A DNA stretch of 64,000 nucleotides from Candidatus Gastranaerophilales bacterium (GTDB lineage Bacteria > Cyanobacteriota > Vampirovibrionia > Gastranaerophilales > Gastranaerophilaceae), in the NCBI GenBank assembly GCA_910587175.1, contig CAJULH010000001.1:971-64970 (forward strand). The letters run 5' to 3'. The notes under the pieces were generated by a model. It searched no databases. It was given only the letters and a program-made list of their open reading frames with translations, and was not told the origin of the DNA. Numbering within the stretch: position 1 is the stretch's first letter; each line of letters starts with the position of its first letter. Shown in pieces: positions 17,707-26,017 of the stretch. The translations under genes and the position numbers were made by a program.

Positions 17707-19131
17707 ATGATTTTTATGAAAAAAATAGCAGTAATTCCAATAGACAATAGACCAATTTGTTATACACTCATAGAGCAGATTTCAGCCATAAATAAAAATA
17801 TGGAGCTTTATCTTCCCGAAAGAAAATTTTTGGGCGGCTTGTACGATACTGCAAACATTTCAGCCATATTGGAATGGCTAAAATCCCTCCCCAAGGTAGA
17901 TTATATGGTTATTTCCCTGGATACCATTGCCTATGGCGGACTTGTGCCGTCAAGACGCACTTCTGACAGCTACGATGAAATAAAAAAAAAGCTGGATGAA
18001 TTCAAAAAAGCCATAAAAGCACTTGGTGCAAGGGTTTTTGCTTTCTCAAGCATTATGCGCATATCGAATAACAACATAAACGAAGAAGAAAAAGAATACT
18101 GGAACCCTTGGGGGAAGCGCATTTTTGAGTATTCTTACCACCAGCACAAATCCCGCGCACTAAGACAAATGAATTGCGTTATAAACACAGTTCCTGCAGA
18201 CATTTTAGAGGACTATCTAAATACAAGAAAAAGAAATTTTGAAATAAACAGAATGTATTTAAATTGGCTCTCTGAAGGAATTTTGGATACACTTGTATAC
18301 TCAAAAGATGATACAGGAGAATACGGGCTTAATGTTGAGGAAGCTCAAACCCTTGAAAGAGAAGCGTTTGAGAAAAAATTAAACGCCGTAATTAAAACGG
18401 GCGCGGATGAAATCCCGTTAACTCTTCTTGCAAAAGCAATTGCAGAAAATGAAAATGTTAAAATCAAGCCATTATTTGTTTTTGAAGATTCAAAAGGCTT
18501 AATTTCAAAGTACGAGGACATTTCAGTCGAAAATTGTGTCAAATCCCAGCTTTCTCTTGCAGGAGTTGAAGTTGACACGTCGCAAAACCCTGAAATTACC
18601 ATGGTTATTAATAATTTTGCCATCGAACAAGGAGATTTAGTACTTGGAAATGTTATAAATTCACTCTCAACAAACTTTGAATTTCCAAAAACCCCCTATT
18701 TTATCGCAGATATTAACAATGCAAACGGTGCAGATGGCAATTTAACAGAAAAATTAATGAATGAAAAATTAAAAATAGGCGCCCTGCTTGGCTATAGCGC
18801 GTACAATACAAGCGCAAATACAATAGGAAGTTCTGTTTGCATAGCCTTAAATACCGCATTGGCACTAAAATACGGACATTTTAACGAAGCCGCTTTTAAG
18901 AAACTTATGGCAATAAGATTTCTGGATGACTGGGCATATCAGGCAAACATTAGAAAAGCAGTAAGGGCGGGGAATCCGGATTTTGAAACCGCTTTATGTG
19001 AACATATATCTGACTTCCACGTATTTGAAGAAAAAATTTCAAAATTTTTAGATTATAAATTTGAAGCCGATTATTCTCTTCCATGGAAGAGAAGTTTTGA
19101 AATTGAGATAAATTTAACCCGGAAAGATTGA
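17707..19131 (+). CDS. Conserved protein of unknown function (DUF4127-like)
   Basis: 474 aa, no TM helix or signal peptide. N-terminal IAVIPIDNRPICY and SLDTIAYGGLVPSR resemble my recollection of DUF4127. The start could instead be the ATG at 17716. Confidence 0.65.
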   Translation: MIFMKKIAVIPIDNRPICYTLIEQISAINKNMELYLPERKFLGGLYDTANISAILEWLKSLPKVDYMVISLDTIAYGGLVPSRRTSDSYDEIKKKLDEFKKAIKALGARVFAFSSIMRISNNNINEEEKEYWNPWGKRIFEYSYHQHKSRALRQMNCVINTVPADILEDYLNTRKRNFEINRMYLNWLSEGILDTLVYSKDDTGEYGLNVEEAQTLEREAFEKKLNAVIKTGADEIPLTLLAKAIAENENVKIKPLFVFEDSKGLISKYEDISVENCVKSQLSLAGVEVDTSQNPEITMVINNFAIEQGDLVLGNVINSLSTNFEFPKTPYFIADINNANGADGNLTEKLMNEKLKIGALLGYSAYNTSANTIGSSVCIALNTALALKYGHFNEAAFKKLMAIRFLDDWAYQANIRKAVRAGNPDFETALCEHISDFHVFEEKISKFLDYKFEADYSLPWKRSFEIEINLTRKD

Positions 19132-19197
19132 CTTCCGGTTGATTTTTCAAAAAAATTGCTATAGAATACAGCTTGTAGCTTATTAAAACAGGTTAAA

Positions 19198-20010
19198 ATG
19201 GATATAAAATTTGAAAAATGGCAAGGGCTTGGAAACGATTTTATAATACTTGAAAATGCTGATGCCACAAGCGATTTAGCCAAAGTTATGTGCGACAGAA
19301 ATTTTGGAGTAGGGGCAGACGGTATTTTCTCCGCCGTAAAATTTGACAGGTCTCCAAGTGCTGAAAATGCAGATATAGCTTGGAAATTTTATAATTCAGA
19401 CGGCTCAATTGCCCAGATGTGCGGAAACGGCATGAGATGTTTTGCAAAATATGTCTATGATAAAGGCATAATGAAAAAACAAAAATTTTCCGTGCAAACC
19501 CTTGCAGGAGTGATAGTTCCGGAAATTCTTGAAACCGGAAAGGTGAGGGTTGATATGGGAAAACCTGTCTTTGAAGCAGGCAGGATTCCTGTAACTGTAG
19601 ATAACCCGTTTGACTTTGAAGTAGAAGGCTTTAAAGCCTGTGCTGCAAGCATGGGAAACCCTCATTGCGTTATTTTTACAGACGGAAATACAAAAACACT
19701 TGCAGCCAAAATTGGTCCTGCTATTGAGGTTTCACCACTTTTTCCGGAAAAAACCAATGTGGAATTTGTTGAAATCAAATCGAGAAAAAAAATAAAAGTT
19801 GATGTCTTTGAAAGAGGCTGCGGCATTACTCTTGCCTGCGGTACAGGCGCATGTGCAAGTGTTGCTCTGGGGGTTAAAAAAGGGCTTCTTGATGAGGAAG
19901 TAGATGTCATTCTTCCGGGCGGAGAGCTGCAAATTCAGTATACAGAAGGCGGACACGTATTTATGACGGGCGAAGCACAAAAGGTATATTCAGGAATTTG
20001 GTGCAAATAA
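19198..20010 (+). CDS. dapF: Diaminopimelate epimerase
   Basis: 270 aa. F.KWQGLGNDFI, both catalytic Cys motifs (QMCGNGMRC and LACGTGACAS) and MGNPH. Confidence 0.95.
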   Translation: MDIKFEKWQGLGNDFIILENADATSDLAKVMCDRNFGVGADGIFSAVKFDRSPSAENADIAWKFYNSDGSIAQMCGNGMRCFAKYVYDKGIMKKQKFSVQTLAGVIVPEILETGKVRVDMGKPVFEAGRIPVTVDNPFDFEVEGFKACAASMGNPHCVIFTDGNTKTLAAKIGPAIEVSPLFPEKTNVEFVEIKSRKKIKVDVFERGCGITLACGTGACASVALGVKKGLLDEEVDVILPGGELQIQYTEGGHVFMTGEAQKVYSGIWCK

Positions 20011-20040
20011 AAACCTGTTTGTTTATTTTGCCACAAAATA

Positions 20041-21357
20041 CTATTTATCAACACTCTTGTGCTGCAGCATATCGTACATCTCAAGTATATTGCCCATTTC
20101 GTCCTCGCCGTTTGAATTTACATTTGCAAAAAGATCTTCATTTCCGGCATCTTTGATATACAGCGAAAAGCGTATCATATCACGGATTAAGGCAAATTGT
20201 TCAGATGTATTCATAGTATAAAAGTTTTTAGCCACCTGAATTCTTTTTGTATGCTTTTCTTTTGGAAGACTGCTAAAGCCCTCTTGGCGAAGAATATTGC
20301 TATACCTGTATAATGGCGATTTTTTTATCCTGTTTACAAATTCGGCATCAAAATTATTTTCTACAATTTTACCAGAGCGGACAAGCTCAACAAACATGGC
20401 AGTTTTATAAAACTTATCCCTGGTTTCAGTATCAGATGGCAGGCGCTCAGCCAGTCTGATATTAAATTCTGCAGCTTTTACAAAATCTTTTGAATCATCC
20501 TTCAGATTTGCCTCAAAACGGTTGAAATCAGAGCTTTTAAAACCTGCCTTCTTATAAGCAGTATCCGCAAGCTCAAGACCCTCTTCAATAAAATCTGTTG
20601 ATAGAACCTCAGGCAGACCACCTGCAGGTGTACAAAGAATTCTCTGGTTTACCAAATCCTTAAATTGCCATCTCATGGCGCCTGCAAACCAAGATTCTTC
20701 GTGCTTTGAAGTATCAATTATCATAAAAAGCGCATCGCAATCACTGCCGGGATAAGCCACATTGCGCCCCATTGAACAATTTTTATCATAGCCGATAAAC
20801 TTTACATCAAAATCATTCTCATCAGCAAGTTGATGAATTGCACCGGTGATTTCGCCTTCCATTTTTTGAAACACGGCATTTAAATTTGGAAAACCGGTTT
20901 CCTTACAAAAAGCATTAATAAAATCTTTTTTCTCGTCTGCACATAATTCATCAAGCACCTTTGCAAATTCTTGCGCCTCAGCGTTTTTCCTTATATCTTC
21001 GCTGAATTTACCATCCTGATGCTCAATAATATACTTCTTTTGCGGATTTTCATACCTTAAGGTATCCAAAATCTTCATGGTACGGTCTGCCCCTTGCGGT
21101 ATTTCATAAGGTTTAGCAGGAACAAAGCAAAAATTATCGCTCTCTATATAAAGTTTTTCCTTGTTTTCTTCCGGTTTGTTCTTCCCGGCAAAACTCAATC
21201 CGGGTGATAAGAGCAACCCGGTTGTACCAGGGGTATTGGCGCTTTTTACAAAAATATCACCATTGGTGTTAAAAGGCTTTTTATTACCAGAAGTGTTTCT
21301 GTCCGGTTTCCTGAATGCAGAAGCAAACCCCGGCGAAAAAGCAAATGTTACATTCAT
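20041..21357 (-). CDS. Orphan protein with a disordered N-terminus and a possible Pol-beta-type nucleotidyltransferase core
   Basis: 438-aa ORF with coding-like composition. Residues 194-213, CSMGRNVAYPGSDCDALFMI, resemble the NTase signature [GS]S-x9-SD-x-D-hhh. The C-terminal half looks helical. Confidence 0.6.
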   Translation of the reverse strand: MNVTFAFSPGFASAFRKPDRNTSGNKKPFNTNGDIFVKSANTPGTTGLLLSPGLSFAGKNKPEENKEKLYIESDNFCFVPAKPYEIPQGADRTMKILDTLRYENPQKKYIIEHQDGKFSEDIRKNAEAQEFAKVLDELCADEKKDFINAFCKETGFPNLNAVFQKMEGEITGAIHQLADENDFDVKFIGYDKNCSMGRNVAYPGSDCDALFMIIDTSKHEESWFAGAMRWQFKDLVNQRILCTPAGGLPEVLSTDFIEEGLELADTAYKKAGFKSSDFNRFEANLKDDSKDFVKAAEFNIRLAERLPSDTETRDKFYKTAMFVELVRSGKIVENNFDAEFVNRIKKSPLYRYSNILRQEGFSSLPKEKHTKRIQVAKNFYTMNTSEQFALIRDMIRFSLYIKDAGNEDLFANVNSNGEDEMGNILEMYDMLQHKSVDK

Positions 21358-21551
21358 ACCTAAAAGCAGACCTTTTGTACATAGTATATGGATTATAAAA
21401 CGCTTGAAAAGTTTTTATTGACAAACAAATATCTCTTTGTATCCAATTGTAACAAAATGTAATACCCCAAATTCAATGTTTTTCTTGTATATGAAAATTG
21501 TTTATGCTACGATTTTTTTCAAACACAACTTTATTTAAGGAGAAAATTTAA

Positions 21552-21842
21552 ATGAAAAAATATGAACTGCTTGCAACCATAAAACCCAATCTGGACAACG
21601 ATGAAGCAGAAAAAGTAGCATCAAAAATAGAAGAAATGGTAAGTTCTTTGGGCGGAAGCGTTTCAGAAACTGAAAAACTCGGCAGAAAAAAGCTTGCATA
21701 TGATGTTCAGGGCTTTAGAGACGGCTTTATGGTAGTTCAGAAAATGAACATTCCCGCTGATAAAATTGTTGAATTCAAACGCAATTTAAAATTAAATGAA
21801 AACATTATCAGAACTATGTTTACAGAAGTAAAGAAGGCATAA
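21552..21842 (+). CDS. rpsF: 30S ribosomal protein S6
   Basis: MKKYELLATIKPNL..., 96 aa, with the SD aaggag upstream, in rpsF-ssb-rpsR order. Confidence 0.95.
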   Translation: MKKYELLATIKPNLDNDEAEKVASKIEEMVSSLGGSVSETEKLGRKKLAYDVQGFRDGFMVVQKMNIPADKIVEFKRNLKLNENIIRTMFTEVKKA

Positions 21843-21843
21843 A

Positions 21844-22311
21844 ATGACCCTTGCAAAGATTACAGTAACAGGAACTGTCACCAAAAATCCTGAAAAAAGA
21901 TTTACACAAAATAACATTGCCATCACAAGTTTTGTGATGGACGTAAATCCTCAGGATGAGACTTTAGTGCGTGTTTTTGCACTTGGCAATTTGGCAGACA
22001 GGGCTGCAGACACTGTAAAAATGGGCGACACTGTTCTTGTGGATGGCAGATTGCAGACTGCAAACGCCAAGACTACAAATGGCAAAGAAAGAAAAATAAT
22101 TGAAATCAGTGCTACAGTTGTTGAAAAAATTTCTATGCTATCAGATGGCTCAAACGCCGGATATTCAAATTATAATCAAAATGCAGCGCCTATGCAGCCT
22201 GCACCCCAGAGTGCTCCTGCAGCACAAGCACCTGCCCAGAAAGAAATTGTACAGTTTGCGGTAGATGAAATTTCTGAAGATTTAATCGATGAGGATGAAA
22301 TACCGTTTTAG
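21844..22311 (+). CDS. ssb: Single-stranded DNA-binding protein
   Basis: OB-fold N-terminus, Q/A/P-rich linker and an acidic C-terminal tip DEDEIPF. Confidence 0.95.
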   Translation: MTLAKITVTGTVTKNPEKRFTQNNIAITSFVMDVNPQDETLVRVFALGNLADRAADTVKMGDTVLVDGRLQTANAKTTNGKERKIIEISATVVEKISMLSDGSNAGYSNYNQNAAPMQPAPQSAPAAQAPAQKEIVQFAVDEISEDLIDEDEIPF

Positions 22312-22398
22312 AAGGTTTTTTAGGTTAAAATTTGCTCACAATTAGCAAATACCGACCAACAGAAAAAAATAAATAATTAAAGGAAAAGGAAAAATATA

Positions 22399-22635
22399 AT
22401 GGCAAGAGAATCTTTAAAAGACAGTAAAAAAAAGAAAAACTGCAGTTTTTGCGCAGATAAGGTATCAGCTTTGGATTATAAAGATGCTTCAAAATTAAGA
22501 AGATTTTTATCAGAAGCAGGTAAAATTCTTCCAAGACGCATCACAGGAAACTGCGCATACCACCAAAGAATGCTCTCAAATGCAGTTAAAAGAAGCAGGG
22601 AAGCTGCTATTATCGGATATGTTTTTGAAAACTAA
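22399..22635 (+). CDS. rpsR: 30S ribosomal protein S18
   Basis: 78 aa. CSFCADK...DYKD...[28 protein letters not shown]. Confidence 0.95.
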   Translation: MARESLKDSKKKKNCSFCADKVSALDYKDASKLRRFLSEAGKILPRRITGNCAYHQRMLSNAVKRSREAAIIGYVFEN

Positions 22636-22670
22636 GTTTTTTCAGATTTTATTAAATTTGCATTATAATT

Positions 22671-22697
22671 AAAAAGCCCTAAAACTTAGGGCTTTTT
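22671..22697 (+). terminator. Intrinsic terminator after rpsR
   Basis: aaaaAGCCCTAAaacTTAGGGCTtttt: an 8-bp stem, 3-nt loop and T-run. The flanking A-run makes it potentially bidirectional. Confidence 0.75.
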
Positions 22698-23054
22698 AAT
22701 TAAACATTTTTATTAAGAATACTGCCAAAACTTTTTTTGCCTTATCCGAAAAAGCTTTAATATCAGGTATTTCTTTATATATACCTCCAATTGGCAAAAG
22801 AAGCAACGTCAATCCTCCAAATTCTAAGTTTTTTGGAGGTATTATTGTTATATTGCGGATTTTGCTATAACTTCTCTTGTTGAAACTTCGATTTTTTCCC
22901 TGCAGCCTTTTGAACACCGGGAACTGCTCCTTGTATTTTTTAATCAGCATTTACAATTTTTGAAATATTCACTTACTCTTCTTTCTTTGATTGTTTCTTT
23001 TTTAAAGCAGTTACACTAATAGTTGTCAAAAAAACTGTTTTTTGTTTGCAATTG

Positions 23055-24989
23055 TTAGCATTTTCCTATATCTTTCCTGTAAATTTTACCGTCAAAACTG
23101 ATGACTTGTGCAGCTTTATAAATATCATCCAGAGTTTTTTTGTCATCCGAACCGGATTTTACAATATTTAAAACCCGTCCGCCGTTGGTTAATAAATTTT
23201 CAAAAGTTTCGCGGTCAAGCCCTGACAGCTTTTTGGTGTTCTCATTAACAGGCATTTTTTTGTCTGCATGATTTGGATTAAAATTGCGTAAAACAACACC
23301 CGGCAAAGCCTTTACCCCTGCAAAATATAACTTGCAGCCAAATTTTGCTGCTTCATTTAAACCAAAAATTTCAGCACCTTTTTTAGGAGATTCAGGATAT
23401 CCGTCAGATGCCAGGACAAGGCAGTAAGCCTTTTTGCGCCGAAATTTCAAATCGACATCAAAAAGTCTCTTTTGTGTCATTGCTAAAAACACAGATAACA
23501 GATCGTTTTCTAAAAGTTCAAGCAACACCTGGCATTCAGGATCGCCAAAGCGCATATTGTACTCTAAAACCTGCACCCCGTCTTTGGTTAAGATAAGTCC
23601 TGAATATACAACACCGCAAAAATCTGCTTTTTCTTCCAGCAGAGCCATTTCAAGAGTTTTTAAATATTTTTTTATCTGATTCCGTTCTCTTGCTGAAATA
23701 TTACTCGGCGCATACGCCCCCATCCCGCCTGTATTTACACCGTTATTGCCATCCAAAAGCCTTTTGTAATCAGAGGCAGGAGGAAAAGAAGCAAGTGTTT
23801 TGCCGTCCCACAGGGAAATAACAGAAACTTCGCGCCCGAAAAGCCGCTCTTCCAAAAGAATCTTTTTTGAAGCACTGCCAAATTTACCAGCCAAAAATTC
23901 TGACGCTGCCAACTTTGCATCATTGATGTTTTCCGCAATACACACACCTTTCCCAAGTGCCAAACCATCTGCCTTAATTACGGGCACGGCAGCCTTTTTA
24001 AGAAAATAATTAAACGCATCGTCAAATGCTGCACGGTTTTCCCCTGCGGAATAATCTATAATTTTATAATCAGCGGTTTTAATGCCATTTTTTAACATAA
24101 ATTCTTTTGCAAAGCTTTTTGACCCCTCAAGGCGCGCCCAAGCTTTATTTGCACCTATTACCTTTATACCCTTTGCCGCAAAAATATCCGCAATACCCTC
24201 ACATAAAGGATTTTCAGCCCCAACGACAAGTAAATCAATCTTAAGCGCCAAACTTTTTTCTAAAAGTTCTTTATATCCTGTAAAATCAACAGTTTCACCC
24301 AGATGTTTAAAACCGTCATTTGCACCCGCAAGATATAATTTTTCCAGGTAAGGCGAATTGCAAATATTTGCAGCGAGCGCATTTTCCCGGGCACCGCCGC
24401 CCAAAATGAGCACACGTTTTTTAAAAAGCAGATTTTCAATAATTTCAGGATACATTTTGTGCTCAATCTTATGAATAGAATCCTCAAACTGTGTAAAGCT
24501 TAAACCCTTGGTATCAAAGCTTTTTTGTTCGATTATCCACCCTGAATCTACATTTCTGTTTACAAAATGAACTGTAACACCGGTCTTTTTTTCTTTTGCC
24601 TCAAACGCCCTCTTTATAGCATCTTTGCCCTTAAATTTTGGAAGAAGGGAAGGGTGAATATTTACAATATTGCAGCACCCGGCATCGGTGTAAAATTTCC
24701 CAGACCCGGCGCAGATTTTAAGAATTTTTTCAGGCAAAATCCGCATAAAGCCCGCAAGCACATATAAATTATACTTGCCTTTGCGGGCATTTAAAAAATC
24801 GTAAAGGCTTTCAAACTCAACAAAATAAGAAGGCACGCCAAGCTTCTTTGCCCTTTTAAAAACATAGGCATCCTTTTTATCGCATAAAAGCTCAAAAGCA
24901 ACATCCAAACCCTTTCCCTGAAAGTATTTTACGATTGCTTCAAAGTTAGAACCGTTGCCTGATGCCAAAATAAGTACTCTTTTTGGCAT
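23055..24989 (-). CDS. purN/purD: Bifunctional PurN-PurD fusion (GAR formyltransferase plus GAR synthetase)
   Basis: The N-terminal part has PurN motifs (RVLILASGNGSNFEAI, NIHPSLLPKFKG, VHFVNRNVDSGWIIEQ). It runs without a stop into PurD (RVLILGGGARENALA, ATP-grasp GVNTGGMGAY, C-terminal TNGGRVLNIV). I use the ATG at 24989 (MPKRVLIL); the ORF-track start at 25073 would overlap purM by 68 nt. Confidence 0.85.
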   Translation of the reverse strand: MPKRVLILASGNGSNFEAIVKYFQGKGLDVAFELLCDKKDAYVFKRAKKLGVPSYFVEFESLYDFLNARKGKYNLYVLAGFMRILPEKILKICAGSGKFYTDAGCCNIVNIHPSLLPKFKGKDAIKRAFEAKEKKTGVTVHFVNRNVDSGWIIEQKSFDTKGLSFTQFEDSIHKIEHKMYPEIIENLLFKKRVLILGGGARENALAANICNSPYLEKLYLAGANDGFKHLGETVDFTGYKELLEKSLALKIDLLVVGAENPLCEGIADIFAAKGIKVIGANKAWARLEGSKSFAKEFMLKNGIKTADYKIIDYSAGENRAAFDDAFNYFLKKAAVPVIKADGLALGKGVCIAENINDAKLAASEFLAGKFGSASKKILLEERLFGREVSVISLWDGKTLASFPPASDYKRLLDGNNGVNTGGMGAYAPSNISARERNQIKKYLKTLEMALLEEKADFCGVVYSGLILTKDGVQVLEYNMRFGDPECQVLLELLENDLLSVFLAMTQKRLFDVDLKFRRKKAYCLVLASDGYPESPKKGAEIFGLNEAAKFGCKLYFAGVKALPGVVLRNFNPNHADKKMPVNENTKKLSGLDRETFENLLTNGGRVLNIVKSGSDDKKTLDDIYKAAQVISFDGKIYRKDIGKC

Positions 24990-25005
24990 AGCAGTCAAAA
25001 CAGCC

Positions 25006-26004
25006 TTAGTTTTTAAACACCGCTCTGACATCTTTTTTACCTTCTTTTGAATATTCAATACGCCCCAAAACAAAGGGTGACCAAATTTTTGTTATCTCAA
25101 TTATTTTAGAAACATTTTCAGGCTTTGCAATTATACAAAAACCGGCGCCCATATTGAAAGTGCGGTACATTTCATCAACTTCGACAAATCTCTTCATGAC
25201 TTCAAACACTTCAAGTTTTGGAAGAATATTTTTGTCTAAAACCGCCGTATACCCCTCCGGGATTACTCTTGCAAGGTTTGACAAAATACCCCCTCCTGTT
25301 ATATTTGCAAGAGCTGAAACAAGCCTGTTATCACAAAGTTTAAGGATTTCGTCAATATATATGGCAGTAGGGGCAAGGGTTTTTAAAAATTCATCATTAT
25401 TTATAAGTCCGTCTTTATGCAATTTTCTAATCAGGGAAAAACCGTTTGAATGCACCCCGGTTGATTTTAGGGCAATTACAACATCGCCTTCACGGACATT
25501 ATTTTTATCAACGGAATTCGCCTCATCCACAAGCCCCACGGCAAAACCCGCCGCATCAAACAATCCCTCCTTAATAAAGTCGCCAAGTTCAGAGGTTTCA
25601 CCCCCCAAAAGAATGCAATTATATTTTAAAAGGATTGAATTTAATTCGCTGATAAATTTTGCCATATCATCTGCATTGAGTGTATTTACGGCAATATAAT
25701 CAAGAAAAAACAAAGGTCTTGCACCAACGCAGGCTAAGTCATTCAGGTTCATGGCGGCTAAATCCTGCGCCATGGTTTTATAAAGTTTATTTTCTATTAA
25801 CGGAATGATTTTTGTTCCGATACCGTCAGTTGTTGCAGCAAAGAAATATTCGGGAATTGCAGGGTGTTTAAAAATTCCGGCAAAATTTTTAAAATTTGAA
25901 GATTTTAAACCGGAAAATAAAAGTCCTGACAATGCTTCAGCACTTTTTAAATTTACACCGGAATCTTTGTATGTATATTTTTCCATAATATCTCCCAAGC
26001 CCAA
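25006..26004 (-). CDS. purM: Phosphoribosylformylglycinamidine cyclo-ligase (AIR synthetase)
   Basis: YKDSGVN, TDGIGTK, DYIA and GGETSE motifs. The start may be the ATG at 25986. Confidence 0.95.
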   Translation of the reverse strand: MGLGDIMEKYTYKDSGVNLKSAEALSGLLFSGLKSSNFKNFAGIFKHPAIPEYFFAATTDGIGTKIIPLIENKLYKTMAQDLAAMNLNDLACVGARPLFFLDYIAVNTLNADDMAKFISELNSILLKYNCILLGGETSELGDFIKEGLFDAAGFAVGLVDEANSVDKNNVREGDVVIALKSTGVHSNGFSLIRKLHKDGLINNDEFLKTLAPTAIYIDEILKLCDNRLVSALANITGGGILSNLARVIPEGYTAVLDKNILPKLEVFEVMKRFVEVDEMYRTFNMGAGFCIIAKPENVSKIIEITKIWSPFVLGRIEYSKEGKKDVRAVFKN

Positions 26005-26017
26005 TCATACCACAATC

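Noticed and set aside
17982-17990. A9 homopolymer inside the DUF4127-like gene as a phase-variation switch
   Set aside because: The tract is in frame (encoding KKK), short and in an AT-rich genome where such runs are common. There is no evidence of alternative frames with sense.
22696-22950. 84-aa minus-strand ORF between rpsR and the pur operon, with faint resemblance to the C-terminal end of an IS200-type transposase
   Set aside because: The resemblance is limited to a few residues (EQFP.FK), it has no upstream catalytic part and no SD, and its 3' end overlaps the rpsR terminator hairpin. It is probably non-coding.
24990-25073. Longer N-terminus for purN/purD (ORF-track start at 25073)
   Set aside because: It would overlap purM by 68 nt and adds MFWGVLNIQKKVKK..., which has no PurN counterpart. 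The ATG at 24989 gives the canonical MPKRVLILASGNGSN start.
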